This document shows, piece by piece, positions 10,936-21,645 of a stretch of 64,000 nt of DNA; position 1 is the first letter of the stretch; every line of letters begins with the position of its first letter. The DNA comes from Vicinamibacteraceae bacterium (GTDB taxonomy: Bacteria > Acidobacteriota > Vicinamibacteria > Vicinamibacterales > Vicinamibacteraceae): NCBI GenBank assembly GCA_963759795.1, contig CAVXAR010000009.1, positions 449,123 through 513,122 on the forward strand. Reading direction: 5' to 3'. The notes under the pieces were generated by a model. The model worked only from the letters and a program-made list of their open reading frames with translations. It ran no database searches and had not been told where the DNA came from. A program made the translations under genes and the position numbers.

Positions 10936-13900
10936 CAGAAGGTGAACCTCGCGCCGACCTGGATCTCGCGCGCCGGTCCTGTCGAAGTGATCGTGCCGAA
11001 GGCCGGCGTGCCGAAGATGCGGCCGGGCGCGTTGAACTGCGGCGTGTTGAGGGCGTTGAACATGTCCAGCCGCAGCTCGAAGGCGCGCGCCCCCATCGCG
11101 AAGCGCTTCTGCAGGTTGACGTCGACTACCTTTCGGCCGGGCGCGTCGACGGCGTTGCGCGGCGCGCTGCCGAAGGAGAAGGCGGCCGGCGCGCTGAAGG
11201 CCGAGGTGTTGAACCAGGCCGACACGCTGCGCTGGTCTGACGGCAGGTTCGGGTCGCCGGTGAGGTCGGGACGGATCGCGCCCCGCGACGTGTTGGCCGG
11301 GTTCCCGTTCATGATGACGTTGAACGGGTCCACCGCTGTGCAGGTTCATGCTCACGCCGACCTGCCAGTCAGCCGCGAGGAGTCTGGCCACGCCGCCGAG
11401 CCGGTCGCCGAACGGCAGCCGGTAGACGGTGCTGAGCTTGGCCACGTGCCGGAAGTCGATGGCGCAGCGACCCCACTCGCCGTCGAACCGGTCGTACTGA
11501 TTCTGCGGCTCCTGGTCTTCGGTGCCGACCGAGCTGGTGGCCGGCGACGATCGCGTGTCGTAGCAGCGCGAGTAGACGTAGCTGGCCAGCACGTTCATGC
11601 CGAAGAAGTCGAGGTTCTGGCCGCGGAACTGCAGGCCGTTGTACTCGGCCTGGCCGTCGGTGTCGAAGACGCGGATGTCGCCGAACGTCGTGAGCGGCCG
11701 GCGCGGCTGCACGGCGCCGGGACCAGGCGCCGGCGTGTTGAACGTCCAGGCATTGTCGAGACCGCTGGTGTCCGAGCCGACGTAGCCGACCTCGGCAACC
11801 CAGCCGCCCCTGCAGACGCCGCTGCACGTTGGCACTCCACACCTTGGCCAGCGCAGGGCCGTAGTCCTGCGCGATGGTCGTCAGCGTCGGCGTGGCCGTG
11901 GAGCCGGACTGGCCGCCCTCGGGGAACCCGTTGGCCAGCGTCAGCGTGGGCGAGGTGCGCACGGTGTTGAAGACGTCTTCCCGATTGAAGGGCGGGTTGC
12001 GGAACATCAGTGCGACGTTGGCCATCGTCGGCTGTGTCATGTAGTGCCCGTAGCCGGCACGGACGACGGTGTCATCGGTCCAGCGGTAGGTCGCACCGAG
12101 CCGGGGCACCACGTCGTGGTTGGACCCATGCAGGGCGCCGGACTCCCCCGGCACGGGGAACAGCTCCAGGGTCGTGCGATCGAGGTTGCGGGCGATGCCC
12201 AGCGCGTCCTCGGTGGCGCCGGCGTACTCGTAGCGGAGACCGAGGTTCAGCGTGAGGCGCTCGATCACACGCCAGTCGTCCTGCGACGTACGCGAAGAAA
12301 TGACGCTGCCGGAGCGAGGCGCGGGCCAGGTTGGGGATGCGGCCGGTCTGGTCCGGCAGTCCGAGCATGAAGTCGGCGAACGCATTGCCGGAGAGCAGGC
12401 CGGTGAACGAGAACGAACCCTGATTGCGCGCATTCACCGAGAAGAAGTCGGTGCGTCGACGAAAGCCCTCGGCGCCGACGCGCAGCGGAATGCCGGCCGA
12501 GATCGAGTTGCGAGTTCAGCTGGGCGGCCGGGTTCTCGTACAGCAGGCGCGGGTTGGCAAACGTCTCACCGGTGCCCATGTAGCCCGTGATGCCCGCCGA
12601 GGGAATACCGCGCAGCAGAGGATCGCTGGCGTTCAGTCCGCTGATGCCGAAGTCGCGCAGCGGATCGATGTCGGTGCCTTCACGACCGGTCTGGTTCGGC
12701 GTCGACTCGCGGACGAACGACACGCGCGCGTCGAGAAGCCAGCGCGGCGACATCGTGCGTGTCAGGCCGACGACGTAGTTCTGGTTCTCCGGCTGGCCGT
12801 AGCTGCGGAAGTTCGGGTTGAGCTGGATGGTGTCGATCGTTGCCTGGCGCGAGGCGAAGCGGCCAAAGAGCGAGGTGGCGTTGTCGAACTGATGGTCGAC
12901 GCGGGCGAAGTACTGGTGCTCGCGTTCCTCGGTCATCGCGGTGCTGACGTAGTTGTTGGCGAGCCCGCCCTGGGTCGGCAGCGGGATGTAGGCGAGCAGC
13001 GCCTGGGCCTGCGGCGAGAGACGGTCGGCCGGGATGACGTTGCCCGGGAAGGCTGACGCGGTGTACGGGTCGCGAACCGGCGTGGCGAGGGCCGAGAAGT
13101 CGCCGCGGCGGAAGGCCTCGGTGGCGGCCGTGGCCGTGCCGGTCGTCTCGCGGTCGCTGCGCGACCCCTCGTAGCCGAAGAAGAAGAACGTGCGGTTGCG
13201 GAGGATCGGGCCGCCGATGGTGCCGCCGAACTGATTGAAGGTCGAACGGCGGCGGCTGGCCCCTGGTCGAAGAAGCGGCGCGCGTTGAGCTCGTCGTTGC
13301 GGTGGTAGATGAACGCGCTGCCGTGCGGCGTGTTCTGGCCCGACTTCACGATCATGTCCACCTGGGCGCCGGAGTACATGCCGTAGGCGGCGCCGTACTG
13401 CCCGGTCTGCACGCTCACTTCCTTGAGCGACTCGAGCGACGGGATGAAGGTGGAGCCGTTGGCAAAGCCGGCGATGATGCTGACGCCGTCGAGCCGGATG
13501 TTGTTGTCGAAGTGCCGCTGGCCGTGCACCGAGAGGTTGAGCGGCTGCGTGCGACCGAGGTTGTTCTGGTTGCCGTCGAGCGACTCGGTGGCGCCAGGCA
13601 CCAGCTGGGCGAGCGCCATGAAGTTGCGGTTCTTCACCGGCAGGCCCTGAATCTGGCTCTCGGTGAGCACGGCGCCGAGCGAAGGGTCCTCGGTGCGCAG
13701 CAGGCGGGTGTCGGCCGGGGCCTCGACCTGGACCGTCTCGCCGAGGCTGCCGAGCTCGAGCGTAAAGTCGACGCGCACCGTGACGTCGGATTGGATTGGG
13801 ACGTTCTGGCTGCACGGCCGTCTTGAAGCCGCTCAGCTCGGCGGCGACGTCGTAGGCACCGGAGACGCAGCGAGGTCACCGAGTAGCTGCCGCTCTCGCC

Positions 13901-14093
13901 CGTGACCGTGGTGCGGGCCACGCCGGTGGCGCGGTTGGTCACCGTCATCGTCACCCCCGGCACGACAGCCCCGGAGGCGTCGCGAACCAGCCCGGTGACT
14001 CCGGTCTGCAAGCCCTGACCGAACGGCCGGGTGAGCCATCAGAAGTGCGCCTGCCGCAAGTGCCGGCAGCCAGCGTTGTCGTCGCGAGAACAT
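10935..14093 (-). pseudogene. TonB-dependent receptor (CarboxypepD_reg N-domain, plug, barrel ending ...QVGARFTF), split over at least 6 reading frames
   Basis: Signal peptide MFSRRQRWLPALAAGALLMA at 14093 with a GGAGG SD. Plug motifs (VQVEAPADTRLL..., NIRLDGVSI) and barrel segments lie in ORFs 13634..14011, 12933..13778, 12265..13815, 12072..12437, 11369..12433, 10042..11835 (N-terminal part) and 10935..11333. Either real decay or indel errors. Confidence 0.65.
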
Positions 14094-14099
14094 CGAACG

Positions 14100-14237
14100 T
14101 CCTCCAAGGCACTGGCAGGCAGGCCGGAAAAGGGGCCTGTCGCCGCGTGTCTTGATGGGGCGGCAGCATAGCGACGCCTAAATCTGATATGTAAAGTAAA
14201 AAATTTCAGATTAAACATTTCTGTCTTCGGCGTAGAG
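14100..14237. promoter_or_regulatory. divergent promoter region (TBDR operon / gntR operon), low GC with inverted repeat AATCTGA-N18-TCAGATT
   Basis: taaatctgatatgtaaagtaaaaaatttcagattaaacattt sits between two divergent start codons in a roughly 70% GC genome. Candidate GntR/FadR-type operator. Confidence 0.4.
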
Positions 14238-14969
14238 ATGGGCGCCGTGAGCATCACCCGTCTCCCCGCGGTGTCGCGCGAGCGTGCCAGCGATGCGGTG
14301 TACGTCGCCCTGCGCAGCGCGATCCTGTCGCGTACCTTTGCGCCAGGACAGCGTCTGCACGTCCCCGCGCTGGCGGCCGAGCTGGGCGTCAGCCCGACTC
14401 CGGTCAAGGACGCCCTGACCCGCCTCGAGGCCGAAGCCCTCATCGAGATCAAGCCCCGCAGCGGCACCTTCGTCGCCGCCGTGGACCCGGACGACCTGGC
14501 GGAGGCGTTCGAGATCCGACGCGCGCTCGAGTGCCTCGCAGCCGAGCGCGCGCTCGGTCGGATGACCCCGGACGACGTGCAGGCGCTGCGGGTCCTTGCC
14601 ACCGCGGTGTCGGCGCCACCCGCGGCAGGCGACGACCGCGAGCATCACGCCGCCGCCAACGTCGCGTTCCACAAGCGGCTCGTGCAGCTCTCCGGCAGCC
14701 GCCGGCTCGTGCAGATGTACGAGAGCCTCGACGCCCACATCCAGATCGCCCGCATCCACACGACGCACGATGAGTGGAAGGCGCGGATCGCCTCGGAGCT
14801 GGACGAGCACCTGGCAGTCGTCGACGCCTTCGAGCGTGGCGACGCAGCCGCTTTGGTCGCCGCGTTGCGGCAGCACATCACCCGCGCCGCCACATCCCTG
14901 GTGGCCGATCTGCGCCGGCATCAGGACACGCCGGCCGCCAGACAGCGCAGACAGGTAATCGGCGCATGA
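14238..14969 (+). CDS. GntR family transcriptional regulator (FadR/FCD subfamily)
   Basis: N-terminal wHTH (VYVALRSAILSRTFAPGQRLHVPALAAELGVSPTPVKDAL) and C-terminal FCD-like domain. Its stop overlaps the dapA-like start (ATGA). Confidence 0.9.
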   Translation: MGAVSITRLPAVSRERASDAVYVALRSAILSRTFAPGQRLHVPALAAELGVSPTPVKDALTRLEAEALIEIKPRSGTFVAAVDPDDLAEAFEIRRALECLAAERALGRMTPDDVQALRVLATAVSAPPAAGDDREHHAAANVAFHKRLVQLSGSRRLVQMYESLDAHIQIARIHTTHDEWKARIASELDEHLAVVDAFERGDAAALVAALRQHITRAATSLVADLRRHQDTPAARQRRQVIGA

Positions 14970-15885
14970 CCCACTTCAGCGGCATCTACCCCATCGTCAA
15001 CACGACGTTCGACGACGATGGACGACTCGACGTGAAGAGCCAGCGCCGACTGGTGCGGTTCCTGCTGGACAGCGGCGCCGCCGGCCTGGGCCTGTTCGGC
15101 AACGCGAGCGAAGGCTACACGCTGCGCGACGATGAGCGCCGTGTCCTGCTCGAGGCGATCGCCGAGGAAGTGGCCGGGGCCGTACCGCTGGTGGTGAGCA
15201 GCGGTCACACCGGCACCGACGCGGCCGTCGCCGCCAGCGTCGAGGCCGAGCGCGGCGGCGCGGCGGCGCTGATGGTCAACCCGCCGTACTACGTCAAGCC
15301 GGACGCCGAGGGCATCTACGCCTACTTTGCCGCGATCTCCGACGCCGTTGGCATCCCGATCATGGTGCAGGACGCGCCGCTGATGACGCAGGTGGTGCTC
15401 GGGGTCGACCTGCTGGCGCGCATGGGCCGGGAGCTGGCACGGGTGCAGCTGGTGAAGGTGGAGGCGCCGCCCACCTCGCCCAAGGTTTCCAAGCTGGCCG
15501 CCGCTGGCGAGCGGCCACCTGACGCTGTTCGGCGGGCTGAACGGCAACTTCCTCCTCGAGGAGCGCGCCCGCGGGGCCGTCGGCTGCATGCCTGGCTGCG
15601 ACATGACCGACGCCTTCGTGCGCGTGTGGGCGGCCGCTGATCGCGGCGACGCAGGCGGCGGCCCGCGAGCAGTTCACGCGCCTGCTGCCGCTGATCCGCT
15701 ATGAGTTGCAGCCGGGTCTCGGCGTGGCGGTGATGAAGCGCAATCTCTTCGACGCCGGCATCATCGCGTCGCCGCGCACGCGGCATCCGACGCGCACACT
15801 CGACGCGGTGGACATCGCGGAGATTCGCGAGATCCGGGCACCGCTCGACCTTCTGGCGTTCACGTGGGCCGCGACGCACCCGTGA
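14966..15885 (+). CDS. DapA family lyase (dihydrodipicolinate synthase / keto-deoxy sugar-acid aldolase or dehydratase family), two frameshifts
   Basis: MTHFSGIYPIVNTTFDDDGRLD...LGLFGNASEGYTLRDDER...MVNPPYY. Continuation in two other frames (GHLTLFGGLNGNFLLEE...; AAAREQFTRLLPLIRYELQPGLGVAVMKRNL...) with indels near 15500 and 15645. Confidence 0.75.
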
Positions 15886-15942
15886 GTCAGGGGCACGGAC
15901 CTCACCCGATCGGACCTGATCGGCGTCGTCGCCGGCCTGGCC

Positions 15943-17372
15943 GTGCTCGGAGTGATGATCGCCCTGCCTGCGCCCTACCCGGTGACCGATGTCGGGATGG
16001 CACGCCTCGGTCTGCTTGCGCTGGCGGTCATCTGGTGGGTGGCCACATCGCTCCCGCTGGCGATGACGACCATCGCCATGCTCGGCATCGGCCTGGCCAT
16101 CGGTGCGTTGTCGATCAGCGACGCGTTCGCGCACTCGAGCAGCTGGATCCTCTGGTTCGTGATCGGATCGTTCGGCCTGGCGGCGGCGCTCGAGGCCACC
16201 GGCGTCATCCGCCGGTTCGCGCTGGCGTTCATCGACTCGCGGCTGGCTCGCGGCAGTTCGCGCCGTTTCCTGATGATGTTCCTGACATCGGCCACGGTGA
16301 TGAGCGCGCTCATGGCCAACACGGTGGTGGCAGTCGATCTGGCTCTCCCTCGCACTGAAGATCTACGAGGTGCTCCAGGTAGAGCGCACCGACCCGATCG
16401 TCGAGGCCAACACCCTGGGCATCGCCTGGGCCGCCAACTTTGGCGGGGTCGCCACACCGGTCGGCAACGGCACCAATGCGGCGGCGATCGCGCTCATCGC
16501 GTCGGGCACGGGTGTCACGATCACGTTCCTTCAATGGACCGTCATCGGGACCATCCTGACCCTGGTCTTTCTCGCGAGTGCGCTGCTTGTCTTCCGCGTC
16601 AGCGTGCCGGCGACGTCCGACATCCTGACCCGCCCAGAGAGTCGCGCCTTCATCGCTGCCGAGCGTCATCGACTGGGAGCGATGCCCTCGGCCGAGCGGT
16701 GGGCGATCGGCTGGTTCGGGCTGGCCATCCTGCTGTGGTTCCTGCCGGATCTGTCGGGGTTCATCCTGCCGGCAGAGCAGGCAGCGGTGCTCAAGGGGTC
16801 GCTCCACATGGCCGTCCCGGCGCTGCTGATCCCCGTGCTGATGTGCCTCGTGCCGACGCCCGATCCGCAGCGGCGCCACGTGCTCACGTGGCCGGAGTGG
16901 ATGGGGGCCGTGGACTGGGGCCTGGTGATCTTCATCGGCGGGGTGATGGGACTCGGTACGGCAGTCGGTGCCGACAGCACCGGGCTGCCAGCATATGTGC
17001 GCACGGTGCTGCAGCCCTCGCTCGACCGGACTGTCGGAGCCGTGGTTCGTGCTGGCCATGTGCGCCGGCGTGATCCTCGTGACCAGCGTCATCTCGAACA
17101 TGGTCACCCTCGCCATCTTCCTGCCGCTCGGCATGACGCTGTCGCAGAGCCTCGGCGTGGCCGACCCCGTGGCGCTCGGCGTGGTGCTCGGCATCGGTCC
17201 GTCGCTCGACTACCTCCTGCCCTCCGGCACGACCACCAATGCCATCGTCGCCGGCAGCGGGTATCTGCGCGTAGGCACGATGGTGCGCCACGGCTCGATT
17301 CTGTTCGTGGTGCACACGCTGTTGCTGGCGGGCGTCGGCTATCCGCTGGCGCGCCTCGTGCTGGGACGCTGA
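15943..17372 (+). CDS. DASS/SLC13-type anion:sodium symporter (CitT/ArsB-NhaD superfamily), two frameshifts
   Basis: Membrane protein pieces in ORFs 15943..17073 (first roughly 130 aa), 16370..17479 (middle) and 16968..17372 (C-terminus ...TTNAIVAGSGY...). Frame breaks near 16340 and 17030. Confidence 0.7.
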
Positions 17373-17560
17373 TTCGCTCGACGATCTGTTTTGCTGCAGT
17401 GCCGGCGCGGAAGACCACTGACTCAACGGTGCGGGCCGCATCCCGTCGCGTCGGCCCAACGGGGCTATGCTGGCGGTAGCGACAGTGAGACGTCACGCGA
17501 TGCGAACGGCGACCTCGCGCCCTCGACCATGAATCAGCGAGAACTGGAGTCGACACCGAG

Positions 17561-18094
17561 ATGAGCAAGAACAACGTCAACCCGAACCACTACAAGGTCG
17601 CTGGCCGGGAGCGCCAGGGCGAGGACATCGTACAGGTCAGGCACGCTGCAGAAGCATGCACAGGATGTCGCCCGCCGACGATCCGAGATCGGGGGAAAAC
17701 GCAAGGCAGCGGCGCCGGCGCCTGCCGCGCTGCCGCGTGCCGCGAAGAGCACAGCGAAGAAGGCCAGCGCCGCGACGACGCCCGCAGGATACAAAGGCCC
17801 CGCGGCGCGCCGCCACGACGTCTGCAGACAAGGCATCTGCGCCGGCCGCCGGGCAGGCAAAGAAGCGGGCGAGCGCCAAAAGGCCGCAGGGCGCCGCCAC
17901 GAGGCGGCGCAGGGACGCGGTCCACTGCCAAGAAGAGCGCAGGGGCGTCGACGACCCGCAAGGCCGCTCCCCGAACCGAGAGCAAGCCCGCCGCTCGCAC
18001 GGCCAGCAAGGACGCCAGCGCCGCGCAAGCGCGCCGCCCGCAAGGCGTGACCGCAGGGGCAGGTGGCGCCGTGGCGCTGCCGCGGGCGGCGTGA
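17561..18094 (+). CDS. Lys/Ala-rich histone H1-like protein (frameshifted), conserved N-terminus MSKNNVNPNHYKVAGRERQGEDI
   Basis: The N-terminal segment is coding-like. Downstream, all three frames carry AKKA/KRKAAAPA-type basic low-complexity tails, so one or more indels are needed. Confidence 0.4.
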   Translation: MSKNNVNPNHYKVAGRERQGEDIVQVRHAAEACTGCRPPTIRDRGKTQGSGAGACRAAACREEHSEEGQRRDDARRIQRPRGAPPRRLQTRHLRRPPGRQRSGRAPKGRRAPPRGGAGTRSTAKKSAGASTTRKAAPRTESKPAARTASKDASAAQARRPQGVTAGAGGAVALPRAA

Positions 18095-18097
18095 TGA

Positions 18098-19160
18098 TCA
18101 GCCGGCGGCTGGCGCCGCCGCGACCACCTCCACGAAGCGCTCGAAGTCCGGAATCGGCAGGCTGCCGCCGGTCGCGCGCGGATGGCCGTTGGCGAACTCC
18201 GCCGAGGCCGACGGGGTGAAGGGCAGACTGCGCAGCCAGGCGACCAGATCGACGTCCGACGCACTCCGCACCGCGAAGTTGACGCGACCTGGCAGGAACG
18301 CGTCGTTGGCGGCAATGACGATGGCCGGAGCGAGCCGGCCAGACCAGCGGACCGCGATCAGCGGATGAACCTGGGCCGCCGACGAGAAACGAATCAAGGC
18401 CGCGGGGCCGATTCTTTTCGGCGCGATGCGCGAGCAGCGGGCGACCTCTGCCTGCACGGCTTGCCGATAGCGTTCGAGTTGGGCGACGCCGGGGACTCGA
18501 CCGGCGCTGATCTCCTGCGCGCTGCTGGCGGCCTCGAGGACCTGCAGCGCGGTGTGCACGTCGTCTTCCGGTGCGCGCCGGGCGGCGTTGAGCAGGGACA
18601 CCGCCTTGGTCCAGGAGGTGCCCTTGGGCACGACTCCCACAAGATCGGCAAAGGGCGCGGCGGTCCCGAGGTCGGCCACTGCCCCGAGCGCGGCCAGCCA
18701 CGCCGACGAGGCAATTCCTGGCAGATCGCGACAGACCGCCCAGGCCAGCACGCTGGTTGGCGCGACCGGCTCGCGGTCGTACCCGTTGACGAACAACGCA
18801 CCGCGCGGCCCACCCCCGCGTGGCACGTGATGATCGATGACCAGTGTCGGGACACCTTCGAGGATGGGCTCGCTGCGGCTCCCCATGTCGAGCACCACCA
18901 GGGCGTCTGGCTCGAGCGCCCGCATCCGATCGCGCATCCCATCCTGATGCACGTGCTCCCCGCGCCGGCCCGGCAGCGGCAGCGGCTCGCTGCCGCAGGC
19001 AGTGAGCGCCCGGCTCAGGATGATCAGCGACGCCAGGCCATCGACGTCGTTGTGCGAGGCCACGACCACGCGCCCGCGCCGCGATCTTGACGAACTCCCG
19101 AGCGGCCAGGACTGCGGGCCAGCGATCGAGCTGCACGAGATACCCCCCGACGACAATCAT
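18098..19160 (-). CDS. DHH-family phosphoesterase (NrnA/RecJ-like, DHH+DHHA1), one frameshift near 19075
   Basis: MIVVGGYLVQLDRWPAVLAAREFVKIA in one frame, then RGRVVVASHNDVDGLASLIIL... (DHH motif) in the next. ...GHPRATGG is a DHHA1-like GGH motif variant. Confidence 0.75.
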
Positions 19161-19311
19161 CCTATGCTTGCCCCTGCTGAGGCTCAGAACCGCCCTTCGC
19201 GCGTACGATAGCGGCGAGCGTGAACCGAGCCCCTGCTGGCGCGTAACGGCGTGCGGCGCGTGATGATGGACGGCGCGCGGCGCTGCACGTTCGACCGGGA
19301 GATCAACCACG

Positions 19312-19728
19312 ATGAAAATGACCACCTACGTGAACTTTGCCGGGACCTGCGCCGAAGCGTTCCGCTTTTACGAGCAGCATCTTGGCGGGCAGATCAGCCA
19401 GATGATGACGCACGGGCAGGCGCCGGATCAGAGCCAGGTCAGTCTGGACTGGAAGGAGGCGATCCTGCATGCGCGCCTCAACATCGGCGGCACCGAGCTG
19501 GTTGGCGCGGACATCCCGCACGCCCAGCCCATGCGCAGCGCGTACCTGACACTCAACGTCGACAGCGATGCCGAGGCGGAGCGCATCTTCACAGCGCTGG
19601 CAGACGGCGGCGAGGTGTTCATGCCGATGAAGGAGATGTTCTTCGCGACGCGGTTCGCCCAGCTCAGGGACCGGTTCGGCGTGAACTGGATGCTCATTCA
19701 CGAGCGACCGAGGCCCGCGGACGCCTGA
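19312..19728 (+). CDS. VOC/glyoxalase-like (PhnB-type) protein
   Basis: 138 aa, MKMTTYVNFAGTCAEAFRFYEQHLGG...FGVNWML, typical PhnB-like fold signature. Confidence 0.8.
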   Translation: MKMTTYVNFAGTCAEAFRFYEQHLGGQISQMMTHGQAPDQSQVSLDWKEAILHARLNIGGTELVGADIPHAQPMRSAYLTLNVDSDAEAERIFTALADGGEVFMPMKEMFFATRFAQLRDRFGVNWMLIHERPRPADA

Positions 19729-19753
19729 GGGCTCAGGTTGGCTTCGGCCGCCC

Positions 19754-20107
19754 TCACGTGGCCGGCTCGGCAAGCTTGCGCTTCATCGGCAACCAGAAGT
19801 CCTGACGCCAGCGCTCCTCGGTCCGCGGGATGAGCGACTTTGGGACGCCGCGATGCGTGAGCTTCAGCTCGGTGCCGGAGTCGACAGGCCGCAGCGTGAC
19901 GGCGGCCATCGAGAACACCCCCTCGGGGTAGTCGGGCTCCCGCCACGCGCGAACCACCCGCTCGGCTGGCGCGAGATCCACGACGATGCCGGTGCCCTCA
20001 CCGACGCGGAACGGATGTCCGACCTGCTCGGCCTCGGTTACCAGCAACCGGTACACGTCGGCCGGCTCGGCCCGGAAACGTACCTTCTGCGAAATCGTCT
20101 TGCACAT
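19754..20107 (-). CDS. SRPBCC/AHSA1-like small protein
   Basis: Internal start MCKTISQKVRFRAEPADVYRLLVTEAEQ... The upstream part of ORF 19754..20278 looks antisense. Confidence 0.6.
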   Translation of the reverse strand: MCKTISQKVRFRAEPADVYRLLVTEAEQVGHPFRVGEGTGIVVDLAPAERVVRAWREPDYPEGVFSMAAVTLRPVDSGTELKLTHRGVPKSLIPRTEERWRQDFWLPMKRKLAEPAT

Positions 20108-20175
20108 GACGCGTCTCCCGCGTGGTGGCCAGTGTGCCTCGCGATGGCGCGTTGCGCAATCTGCGCGGGTGTCGG

Positions 20176-21410
20176 TCAGGGTCGATCGATCGCGGCAATG
20201 ACCTTGGTGGGACGCAGCACGATCCCGCCGCACCCGGCTCGCACCAGAGTGTCCGGGCGGACGTGAGGCCGCGGGCATCCTCGGTGTCCTCGCCGCCGGC
20301 GGCCACCCGGCCGACCATCGCCTGCTCCACGTCGGGCGGCGGGAAATAGCCGGCGGCCGGCGGCGTGGTGAGACGCCGAATCATGGCGTAGACGACCGGA
20401 TCGTCTGCGGCCGCTTCGTACTCGAACGGCACTGACTGGTTCTTCGCGCGGTGCATGAAACCCCAGCCGGCACCGTGTTCCACGGCGAGCCGGGCGGCTT
20501 CGGCACCGGCCTCGCCCATCTTGTCGTCCTCGTTGACCACGACCGGCTTGCCGTGCCGACGGGCTCGTCGCACGGCGCGCGGAATGGCCTCGAGTGGGGT
20601 GGTGTTGAGGTGGATCAGCAGAAAGTCAGCCGCGTCGGCGATGGCGTCGGGCATCGTGCCGTCGCCCATCCCGCTGGTGCTCACCAACAGCCGCGGCGCA
20701 GCCGCCTTGGCGTGGCGGATCAAGTCGACCTGCCCCTCGACGCTGCGCAGCCACTCGCCATCTGCCCAGCGCGCGAAGCCTGCGTGCCGATACTCGTTGG
20801 ACACCTCCAGCACCACGTTGCGGTAGCCCCGGTCCCTGATCCAGCGCGCCACGCCGGCGACCGCGACACGGGCCACGCTCCGGCTGGCGATGGCGCGGTC
20901 GTGTGAGTGTTGACGCTGGTAGAAGGCCGAGAGGATCACGACGGCGCCGAGCCGGTCGGCGGCGTCGACGACGCGCGCGACACGCGTCATGTAGTCAGGC
21001 CGCAGCGATCCGTCGCTGTTGAACGCCGAGTTCACCGCACCTTCATAGCCGGGCATGCCGCCCTGCAGGCCAACCGTGAACGCCCGTACGCCCTGCGCCA
21101 GGTACTCGGGCATGCGCGCGATGAACCGCGTGGTGTTGGCGTCGGGGTCGAAGCCATCGAGGTGGGCGCGGCCCGCGGGCCCGGTGTCCTCGAACACCGC
21201 GTTCACCATCCGGACGTTCATCAGCAGCCCTTCGGCCTGGCTTCCCGGATGCGGCGGGCGGCCGTCGATCAGCCAGCCTGCACCCTCGATGGCGACGTGC
21301 GTCCGCGAGGCCTGCGTTGTTGGCAGGGTGGCGCAGCTCACGCCAGCCAGTGCGCAACACAGGAGAGTCAGGACCCGGTACACGACGGCAGGCGAGGGCG
21401 TCGGCATCAT
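20176..21410 (-). CDS. secreted TIM-barrel glycoside hydrolase (GH5/cellulase-like); 3' end uncertain, possible frameshift
   Basis: Signal peptide MMPTPSPAVVYRVLTLLCCALAGVSCA. Motifs VLEVSNEYRH and VVNEDDK. The C-terminal tail of ORF 19998..21410 turns R-rich after about residue 380. Confidence 0.5.
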
Positions 21411-21645
21411 GCCGCCGCAGTGTAGCGCCGAGCGGATGACCGACGTTCGCTATCCGTACACCCGTGCATCGTCCCCGAACGGCGGCCGCGCATCGGTTCG
21501 GCCGGGGGCCGGACCCTGCGTGCGGCACATCGGCGCACCCTTTGCAGGAAGGTGCAGTGTCGGCGGCCGTGCTGCCGGTCGATCTGTGAGCCGCTGGAAC
21601 ACGAGGTCAGGTTGGGCGGCGGTATGCGCGTGAACGAGGAGTGGC

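Noticed and set aside
8400-11970. Plus-strand ORFs 8400..10250 (616 aa) and 10447..11970 (507 aa)
   Set aside because: Antisense to the two enolase-family genes and the TonB receptor. Arg/Gly/Ala-rich nonsense.
17637-19325. 562 aa minus-strand ORF extending far upstream of the DHH gene
   Set aside because: Only its first roughly 30 residues (MIVVGGYLVQLDRW...) belong to the DHH protein via a frameshift. The long R-rich extension is spurious.
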